A stretch of 64,000 nt of DNA from Vicugna vicugna (lineage: Eukaryota): assembly GCA_013265495.1 (NCBI GenBank), contig MU058337.1, positions 6,430,716 through 6,494,715 of the forward strand, in the 5' to 3' direction. The position numbers were made by a program, and so were the translations under genes. Positions 12,501-22,660 of the stretch are shown here, in pieces; position 1 is the stretch's first letter; every line of letters starts with the position of its first letter. The notes under the pieces are model-generated. The model saw only the letters and a program-made list of their open reading frames with translations. It did no database searches and was not told the origin of the DNA.

Positions 12501-14204
12501 TGGGGTCCATGAACTTGAGGTGCAGAGCTTCGAGAATTTGCTGACATCTGTGCTCCTGATCTCCTGACTTCGGTCCAATTTCCTCTCAGTGACTAACCAT
12601 TTTCTTAGCCCTAAAAGGCATAAAAATCACTTTTCAGCAAGGAGTCCTTTCCCTCAACTATCAAAGAGGGGAAAAATTCCTCATACTTAATCAACTGATA
12701 TAAAAGTTTCCTTTTAATTATACCTAGTATTAATATTTAAGTCTCAGGCCTGAAACAGACCTCTCCAGCTAGTGGGAAAGGCACTGATGTCCACAGCACA
12801 CACGCAAGAGAACAACTCTTAAAATGTGTTTAATTACAGGGAGCTCCTCACAGCATGGAACCAGGGCACAGGGATCTCAGAAAGCAATTTTCCATTTAGA
12901 CTGTGTTCCTCAGCTAATTAAAAAACCAAACGGGCCAGCGATCTGGACAAGGAGACAATGCACACTCCACACGTTACAACCCAGGTAAAGGTATGTGTGA
13001 GCCTAAATGGAAACGAGAGCTGCAGGAACCCAAATGTGAAAAACAGCCGTTTATAGCAGTGGCCCTGACAGGTGGGTGCGTGCCTGACTGGCGAATGACA
13101 CGCTGCCCTTTCCCTTCGTGGCTGAAACATGGAAAGGCTCTGGCCATCTGTCGTATCTGCGGAGATCCCCAACTCAGAGAAGAGAAACACAAGCTTAGCT
13201 TGCAGCTGGAATGCACATGCTCACCACTGACGTGAGCTCTTGGCATGGACAGGATTTCAGGTCTGAACCTCAGTGATGGATGTTCCACCACCACCACATT
13301 CCCCTCCCTGTCCCCACCGAATTGCTCCATCAGGTTTCTCAGGTTTTTGCAGGAATGTTTGTTTAGGGGGCATGAGACCTATAAGGGAGCGAGGGAGGGC
13401 ACAGAGTAGTCACTGACTTTCATTTAAATGAGCTCAGTTCTGCTCTAACCATTGAAATGCCTCATGGATGAAGGAAGGAGGTTCTAGAGATTCCGTGCAG
13501 GTTTGCGCCAACCATAAATCCTCTTAGTTTCCTTCCATTTACAGTTTATTGCATTAACATTTCTTTTGTGCTGGCTGCTGCTGGGAAGCTATTGTAAATT
13601 TGGGCAATTACAACTTTTGTTCCATCTGTCCCTCCCCTCCTCGGTACTGTAACATCAAAGGTGGCCAATTCAGCAGAGGCTGGCTCTGTCTCTTAAATCC
13701 AATCTGAAATAGATGTTATTAGAAAGACCAGACTCTGAAAGAAAGGTAGCATAATAAATCATAAAGATGCTGCTCTAGCCTTCTGAGAAAGTCTTAAAAT
13801 AAGCTTTCTTAAACCTTCTCCCCAGTGCTCCCAAGTCAAAGTCTGGGTAGGCATTTGAGGGCCTCCTTGTCCAAATCCCCATAAAGTAGACATGTGAACC
13901 TTGTCAAACAGGGGGCGTGCCCCTGAATGTCATGGTTTCCACCAGCCCTGCCTCTGCTTGGGTTTCAGCAGTACTTAAAATAATCTCTCTCAAAGTATCT
14001 GCATAAACTGGAGCAGGTCCCAACTGCTGCTGTGGGGCTGAGGCAGCCTGGAGAAATCCCCAGATCCTGGCGAGGCCCCGCAGCAGAAAAGGAACCAGCT
14101 GGAAAGCTTGATGGGCAGTATGGAGTTGCTTCCCTTCCTGACAAGCGGTCACTTGTTACAGGGAGGAGAGAGAGAGTGAGTGTGTGTCTCATTCGCGTTG
14201 GGGA

Positions 14205-14369
14205 TTACACTGGTCAGCTCCATTCTCAACAACTTTCTAAGAACCTACTATGTCCCTTGGTGGGTGCTGGACTGGGGAGAGGGGCGGGGTTCAAAGATGA
14301 ACAAGGACAACCACTGTCTCAAGAAACTTAAAACCTGTTGGAAGAGACAGACCTAATGATAACTGTAAG
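14205..14369 (-). mobile_element. L2 3' fragment
   Basis: cattctcaacaactttctaagaacctactatgt...aagatgaacaagg...ctcaagaaactta...ggaagagacagac. Confidence 0.65.
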
Positions 14370-14477
14370 TAAAACTATTACTTTAAAATGCTATGGGAGG
14401 TCACGGTTGGGAGTAATGTGACTATAAGTTGCTTCATAATGAGTTTCATAACATAGGCACAAAATGCTATGCATCTC

Positions 14478-15032
14478 AGTTCTCAAAATGTTAAACAGAG
14501 TTACCATATGACCCAGCAATTCTACTCCTAGAGAAATGAAAACACGTCCACTACGTCCACTATGTCCACTAATGTTCACAGCAGCATTATCCGAAACAGC
14601 CAAAAGATGGAAATAACCCACATGTCCGTGATGGATGTATGGAAAAATAAAATGTACTGTATTCTCACAACGGGACATTATCTAGTCATAAAAAGGAATG
14701 AAATACCAATCCATGCTACAACAGAGACGAACCTTGAAAACATTATGCTAGAGTGAAAGAAGTAAGACACAAAAGGGAAAACTATGCAATTGCAATTATA
14801 CGAAATGTCCAGGATAGGCAAATCTATAGATTCAGAAAGTAGATGGGGGGTTTCCAAGGGAAGGGATGACGAGAACATGACTGCTAATGCGTGTGGGGTT
14901 TCTTCTGGGGGTGAGGAAAATGTTCCGGAACTAGATAGTAGTAATCATTGCACAATTTTGTGAATAGACTAAAAAACTTTGAATTGTACATTTTAAGAGG
15001 ATGAATTTTGTGGAATTTGAGTGATATCTCAA
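14478..15032 (+). mobile_element. LINE-1 3' fragment (L1MB-type) flanked by a 53-bp direct repeat
   Basis: aaacagagttaccatatgacccagcaattctactcc...aaccttgaaaacattatgcta...atatctcaataaa. Direct repeats at 14370-14422 and 15033-15085. Confidence 0.92.
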
Positions 15033-15526
15033 TAAAAATATTACTTTAAAATGCTATGGGAGGTTAGGGTTGGGAGTAAGGTGACCAAAGGAATAAGCCT
15101 GTTACATATGCCACCCCTGCTAGGATTAAGAATATAGTAAGGATTCTAAACACTTTCTTAGCATGAAAGAATGAAGGAAGAAAACAATAAGTCACTGGAT
15201 TCATTGCTCACTTAGATACCTCCTGGCCAGGAAGAATGGACACTCGTTTTCCACCTTCTGAATTATTATTACCTCAATACAGTCTCTAGAAATAGCATTC
15301 TAAAAACTCAGGGACTTGGAGCTCTCTGTGCAGTATGAGTTTCAGGTTTTGAGGATTCTAGAAATTCCTGTTCTGTGTTTCCACCACCCCCTGGGCTCTG
15401 TTTTCATCACATGGTACAGCTGGTATTTATCAGTCCTTTAAGAAATTTGGGAGCAGTAACCATACCTTTTAGCTCCATATCCATAGAACCAGCAGCACCT
15501 AGAAGGGACTCAACATGTGACGGATA

Positions 15527-15586
15527 GAAGGAAGGAAGGAAGGAAGGAAGGGTGGAAGGATGGATGGATAGGAGGGAAGGAGGGAT
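15527..15586 (+). repeat. (GGAA)n/(GGAT)n simple repeat
   Basis: gaaggaaggaaggaaggaaggaagggtggaaggatggatggataggagggaagg. Confidence 0.9.
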
Positions 15587-15694
15587 GAGTCACTAATTGC
15601 TTATAATAAGTTCACAGTCTAATTCTTCAAACTTTCTTATTTCTCCATTTTCTTATAAGGAAATGTTATTACACTAAAAATTTGGCATTCTAAC

Positions 15695-15754
15695 GCCATT
15701 TTTGTAGGTCAAAATTGGTCAAACAGTGGCAGTTTCCTATGGTTCAATCTAATA
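15695..15754. mobile_element. MADE2 mariner-derived MITE, partial
   Basis: gccatttttgtaggtcaaaattggtcaaacagtggcagtttcctatggttcaatctaata matches MADE2 with one TIR ending in TA; the other TIR is mostly lost. Confidence 0.75.
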
Positions 15755-16828
15755 CATAGTCACAAGAAACAATATCATTTTGGTCCTATTTCATTACACA
15801 AAATGTGGTTTAAACTTGGGGCTCTGAAAGCTCCTTCAGGGAACACCAACTGAGAGGCAAGAGGGAGGGTCTCTAATCCCCAACTACCTCTTTCAAAAAA
15901 ATAAATTAAGAGTTTCTATATAGAGTTGGTTTGAACTAAAGATATCTTTCTAAGGATTACTTCATACAACTTATTTACAACTCTAGGTCAACCTAGATAT
16001 TTATTAAGAAGATGATCCTTAGGTCGAGAAAACAAGGAGTAATGTTTAAGCTTTGTGCTTCCAGATCATCTGAAAACTGTGGTGCTTACAAACGTTCATG
16101 CTGTCAGGGCATCTAAAGAGAGACATCTGTGGAAGAAGCTATCATTCTGGAAATTGTGCATGGTTCTAGGGATATGGAGATAAAAGGTACTCCCAGATTT
16201 CTTCAAGGACAGATAAATACCAGCTGTACCATGTGATGAGGGTTAGAAACTCAAAGCAGTAATCCAAGGGTTAATTGGAGAGACACTAAATCCAAAAAGT
16301 GCTTGTTAACCCAAGCCTTTCTGCAGTGTCTGTATCACCAAACAGGACACTGCAGGTCTCAGTACGACAGAAAGCTTTTGTTGAAGCAGGAGGTTGACAG
16401 CGATTTGTGAGGAGGGGTTTTTGTTTACTTGTTTGTTATTCAAATAACTTTTTCCCCCTGAGGAAATTCAAAAGGAAAATGTCAAAAGTATGTGATTAAT
16501 GATTTTTTTTAAATAGACGGGATTTCCCCCCTGTTGAATTGAAAAGTATGTATTGAAAAGGAATCCACCTCATTAAATGGTAGATTCTCATATGTAAGTT
16601 TCATATTAATTCTTTCAAAAGAGTTGTGCTTGTGAGTCAGATAAATGACAGGAGGGTCCGTTTAAGCATCCACATTCTCCGAAGGACAGCTGTTCAGGCG
16701 CGTTCTCAAACCATAATGATAAACAGAACTTGAACACTGATGATTTGATCAATGGGTGATGGGGGAGTCATCCAGCTCTCTTCTCCATCTTGCTGTGCAG
16801 TATTAATGTGCTTCCTAAAGTACCTTCA

Positions 16829-16832
<4 letters not shown>

Positions 16833-16857
<25 letters not shown>
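16833..16857. repeat. (TA)n microsatellite
   Basis: About 12 TA units. Confidence 0.95.
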
Positions 16858-16859
<2 letters not shown>

Positions 16860-19800
16860 GTACATGTTTCTGGGGAAAGGCGGGGGAGGGGGTGATGGGG
16901 AAAGGGGATCAGAGACAAGGGAAGATTCCAGAAAGGAAAAACCTACACTAAAAACTACCTTCTTTTCATTTTTTTTAAGGGTTCCTTTTAATCAGCTCTT
17001 AAAGCAAAGACAGAAGCTGAAAACATTCCACGTAAATAAACAGCAAAGAACTCCAAATGCTTAGCAGACCAGAACACCGGAAAGAGTGCTTGGTACTGCC
17101 AGACACCACCGGCTTCAGTGGATTTAACAAGTAAAAAGAAGATGGTGCCAAATGACCAGACTATATGCGACCTACCCTTCTAGCAAGAAAAGTGAATAAA
17201 ACTTCCAATGGGGGTGGGAGGAGGGTGCAGAGAGATAAATTCTACTTAACACAACAATGAGGATAGCATTTAGGCCACATGCAAATTTTATCCACAGAGC
17301 TTGCAAATGGAATGTAATTTACTGCTCAGAGGATGTAACCTATTTGAGTTAGAGAGCTAATTAATAAAATTATCTAAAAAAGAGTGTAGAGTTAACTGCC
17401 ATCCATCTCCTGGGTTATTTCAATTTTGTTCATTATGTTTGCTGTTAAGCAAAATTCCAAATATTGTTATAGCAAATCATATTTTTGATATCTTAAGAAA
17501 AGACAAGTTAGGTTTTGGTCAAATTTAAGTCCCTTTAAAAAACAAAACAAAGCAAAAAAAAGGGAAGCTGCTTTTCTCCTCAGAGCTTTTTCTGTGACAG
17601 ATAAAAATGTCAACAGCTATAAAGGTTTCAAGTCAGGTCGCAGTAAATAGTAAATAAATGTAACTGTTCATAAGCTGCTAGATCTGTTTTGCAATTACTT
17701 AAGTTGAAATAATTGAGTGCAATATTCAAAAAGCATTCACTTACAGATACAGCTGGGCACATGGGATGTAAACCCTACTTCTTTCTTGCCATGAATCATG
17801 GAATTAAAGATAGCAATGATTTTTATCTCCAATTTTCCTCTTGACTTTTTCTTCCCTTAAGCATGCCTGCACTAAATAATTTTTTTCACTGATAACAAGA
17901 GAAGTTTGAGTCAGATCATTCCTTTGGGACAACCTGTCAATGATGCAAGGATACAGTTCAAAACGTCCTGCAAATAGTGCACCCATGGCTCATTTTGATC
18001 CTGTTTCCCCCTGAAGCTTGCTGAAGGAAAGCACAGTGCTTCTCCATTCTGTCTTGCTTTATGTGCTTCTGAATCCTGAAATCGAGAATGAACTATGTCT
18101 ACTTTTCAATAACTAGACATAAAGTGGCAAAGGCTGGATAAGAAGTTGTTGAGCAGAGATACTGTATGAATGTATTTGTATTAAGCCTAAAGGACTAGAT
18201 CCTGAGACCCCTACTTTTCAGTTGAAGTGTACTTGCTAAGGATGGGAGGAGAAATGCTTGGGGTTGTGAGGCTTATTTTATGGAGAGTCCTTCAAAATCT
18301 AAGTGGGCAGACCTGGAAAATGCAGGTCTTACCTTGGCCACAGTCCCAAAGGTACATCTGTACCACTGGTTTTTGTCAGGATGAATGATTGTGTTGAGTA
18401 ATTTCAGGAAAGCCACTCATCTGCCACAATATGACTGCCAAGATATTTGGAATAATGCAATTTAGCACTTCAGTATAATTTCACTTCCTGAATATACAAA
18501 TAAGGAGAAAGTTGCCCCTGGCCATTATAGTTTTTGCTCTGTGCTTTAATTCCCAGAAACCTCTATTTTCCCCATCTCCATTCCATGTAGAAGCTGGGAG
18601 AGCATATTCCATACATTCATATTATTGAGAATATTTCTTCTCTCTTTATGTCACTACTTCTTCATTCTCAGTTCACTTGTTATCCTTCTATTAATGCTAA
18701 GTTTGTACACTTAAAATTTTTTTTGACTAAAGAAAAGCTTAAGGAATGGTATCATTAGCAAATGCAAATATGCTAATTCACATAAAAAGATTACACTTTA
18801 AAAGTCCAAACTGTCATATGTAAAATGACTTTAATGACATATTCAGAAGAATCTGGAGATTATGCTGCCAAGAAGGCAATACATTTAAGGCAATCTTACA
18901 AAGTATATGAAATCACAGACTGTAATATCCTGCAACTATTTTAATTTTAAAAGCTCAGTTTACAAATATATACCAGTATTTTTCTCACTTTTAATCACTC
19001 CCCCACTGTTTTAGCATAAGAGCTAAAGTAACCTAAAACAGCCCCCTAAAACACACACAGCAAGTCTGTTACACAGATCTAGAAAACAAAAAATGTATGA
19101 AGGAAAGAATGTTTTAAATAATCTGAAACAGAGTAGCCCAAAAAATGTGTGGTTCTAGGTTTTAGCTACTAATAAAGAATTTTCCTGGGAGAATTTTACT
19201 TTAAAGCAATTCTAAATGAAAATGCATATAATTAAGGGAAAGACCATTGCTTCAAACAGATTGACTGTCTTTAACAAGTTTCTCTCTTTCTAGCTACTCA
19301 GATATGCTATATTTCCTAATTATCACCTTTTAAGGGCCATCTGGGCCCATTCCTCCCCATCAGGGGGCAATTCCATTTGCATTGTTCCTGGGTTTAGTCA
19401 TGATCAAGTAGTCTGGTGGTAAAGTTCATTAGAAATTAGAACAGAAGCATTCAACCCAACACAGTAAACCAAGTATCTGATACTCAGGCACCCACAGGAG
19501 AGATGATAAGCACTTCATACATATTCCCACAAAACTAACAAGTCTTCCATGTGCATTTTATCAAACTGCTTAAAGAAACATTCAGCCTAGTCCCTGAACA
19601 GGTATGTAATGAAAATTTGATTAAGTCTCTTTATACTGCAAAATATTTCTCAATTAAGGCAACATAACTATAGTTCCTTATGTCTTCTGGTTCAAAAGTC
19701 TATTAAAAACCCTTTAATGATTCCCTCATTTCGCCTACCATTCACAAGCAGTATACTACTTCCTTCCTGTAGAGAACACACAAGAATTATCCTAATTGTA

Positions 19801-22204
19801 TTTTCTGTGAAACAAATGCACATTTCGGAGAAAGCGTATCCAACCCACAGACCGATGCTGACGGGTAAAGGTTCCAAAGAGCATTCCCTTTAGTCCTCAT
19901 CAATAGATCATCGTATACATTCACACGCTCTTTACAAACATATTTGTGTGCACGGCCCCTGGATATGCTAGATGGCTAGGCAGCTGCCCTATCGCAGGGC
20001 TGATTGGAAACGGCGTAGCTAATTCAAGGCAGCCGCATATAAGGGTTCCCGCTTCATTCCTCGTAAGGTCAGATACATAAAACCCAGGAAATAGTTACCT
20101 GCCTCATCTTGCAATTTCTGAGCCTGGCTTGCAATGACCATCTTAATCCGAAATGCCAGTCTATTGAGATTGAGAAGGAGCGCTTCCTGCTGAGACCCAC
20201 AGCCTCATCGAGCTACACCTTAGTCTTGCAAATGAAGACAGCTGCAGCGGGCCCTAATCTATGCAAGGCAGGTGTAGCCCTGGGGCTCTCCGAAAGTGAC
20301 CCTAGGAGCTCCTAGGGCTGTGAAGTTAAGAAGTTACCGTTATAAAAAGAACTATTTCATAGCCTCTCATTATCGAGGTTACTATGCTTGTTAAAAGAAC
20401 AATGCCTTATTTCCTCCCATTTGTACCTAGATTTTCTCCTCTGCCTTTCTGAAACTCCCCTATTTAGACAGTCCCTAATTCTGACCCCATCTGGGATACT
20501 TCAAATCGGTGGCATAGCTTACCCCTAACCGATATTATTTGCTGAATGTTATGTCAAAAAATTGGTTCTATGTCAAGCTCTCCATTTTAAAAACTATCCT
20601 AAAATCTACTACCTACACGTTAGTGGAGATTTCAGGAGAAAATAATGCCTATAGGATTTTCCTGGGATTCAACAGTGAATAAAAACGACAATATTGCTTC
20701 GTAAAAGAATCTGCAGCAGAAGAGAGCACCACTGAAACTGAGCAACAATAATTAGCTCAAGAAGTAACGACTGAGTTCCCCCACTTCCTCCCCTACCCAC
20801 CCTCCACGTGCTGAAACAAGTGTATCTACACCTGAGGCCAGTTTCTGGTCTTCAGCAGCCCCTCAAGGGCTGAGGAAACAGAACTCCAGAAACTTTCTGC
20901 CCTAAGAGGGACTGGGGTGCACCTAGAGTCCTTGGCAAGGTCACAGCAAGGCCACCAGCTGAGGCTGTGCCAGGCCACAGAGCCGAGCATACGTGGAGGG
21001 GTCTGGCAGAAAGGGGACTCAGCAAACCTGAAAGCTTTCCCCTGGGAAAACCGACCCACTCATCTGAAGGAGTGAAGTTTTGCTCAGATGATGTTTAAGT
21101 TGTGCAGGTTCTGACAGGAAAGGCAGTTGAAAACCCAAAGTCTTGTATGTGATTACTATACTGAAAGTTTGTCATTAAGAGCCATTTTTAATAGTATTAC
21201 TTTAAGGCATACTTTAAAAATCTGGGAGCTTATATATTAATTTTGAAATAAAGATGATAAATATTTTTAAACATTAGGATTTTCTTGCAAAATTATTTTA
21301 GAATTTTTTAAAAAAAAATCAGTTCTACTACATTTTTCCACCGTTCACTTTTGGAATACACATAATAGGATTTTTTTTTTAAGTTCGTACAGAACTGTTG
21401 AGTCTTTATAAAAGTATAAAATTTGAAACAAGTGCAGAAAGCCTGTAAATGTGCCAGAAATGCCAGGCTACACTTCCACACCCATTACTTCTAACAATTT
21501 CACAAGAAGGAGCACATTTTCATGAGTTGTGTGATGTTTTAGCAACAAGACTCCTATGGGCTTTAATGGAAGTCACACAGCTAAAACTCCATGTACCACT
21601 TTGAAAATTTTAGAGTAATTGCTAAGTCCCCCTTAGAGGGTCATAGAAATATTAAAAACCAAAGTATTTCGCTAAGAACTCCAATTATGCCTGAAGGCTT
21701 ACATCAGATTTTATAAAATGATTGGTCACATATATAATGTACTCTAATACTGTTTTATTGGCTGGTTGTTTTCTTTATAAAAGAGGGTCTTTGTGAAGTC
21801 CTGTCTGAAAGGGAACATACAATACAGTGAACTGCAGATCTGGTGTTCACTTAAACCCATGGCTCAATCTTACAACAGAGGTGTGCGTGAGAAATAAATG
21901 GACTTGGGAACACTTTATCTTGTTATTTGTGGACGCGGAGGGGATCATTTAGTTCACTGTTCCATCAGGCTTGTAGATTTTTCAAGAAATACATTAAACT
22001 GTTGAACAAAACCAGCCTGGCCTGGTGAAAATTCATCCTAAGAACCCATTTTGACTGGTGGAGTCGGTAGGACTGACCCTTTGCATGTGATGCAGTGGCA
22101 GTCTTTGTCTGAGAATCCTTGTCGTAAGTAGCACTATTGACTTCTTTACAGAATTATGCACAGGAAGTTTTATTAATTTGGAGGAAGAATTCATTTCCAC
22201 TTTA

Positions 22205-22660
22205 ATTTTTTTAATTTTTAAATAATTTCAAACTAATAGAAAACCTGCATGGGTAGCACAAAGAACTCCTGAATACCCCCAGCCAGATTCACCAATTGCT
22301 AACAGTTTGCCACAATTGCTTGATCATGACTGCCCCTCTCCTCTGATTGACTGATGTTCATATATTATGCATGTTTGTTTTTTCTTATAAACCGTGTGTA
22401 AATTGTATTCATTGTGCCCTTTTATCCCTAAATACTCCCCCTAACCAAGGACACTCTCCCACACAATTGCATTACAATGTTTAAAATCAAGAAATATAAC
22501 ATTGGTACCATGCTGTTACCTATTCTATAGACCTTATTTAAATCTCATCAACTATCCCAATAATGTGATCTAAGTCCATTTTTTTCTGGCCCATGATCCA
22601 ATCCCATATCACTCATTGTATTTAGTTTTCATGTCTCTTTAGATTCAGTAAACTGCAACA
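22205..22660 (-). mobile_element. LINE-1 3' end (L1MC4/5-like)
   Basis: aataatttcaaactaatagaaaa...caaagaactcc...ccagattcaccaattgctaaca...aaaatcaagaaatataacattg...cattgtatttagttttcatgtctcttta. Confidence 0.8.

Noticed and set aside
10623..13907. Exact 16-mer atgtgaaccttgtcaa at 10623 and 13892
   Set aside because: About one exact 16-mer match is expected by chance in 64 kb of this composition, and the flanks do not align.
18333..18415. HPDKN (J-domain-like) and LWDCGQ (GTPase-like) strings in minus-strand translations
   Set aside because: Each has a stop just upstream and no extended similarity; treated as coincidence.
20157..20168. cagtctattgag, identical to the 3' part of miR-28-5p
   Set aside because: Only 12 nt, without the seed or precursor hairpin.
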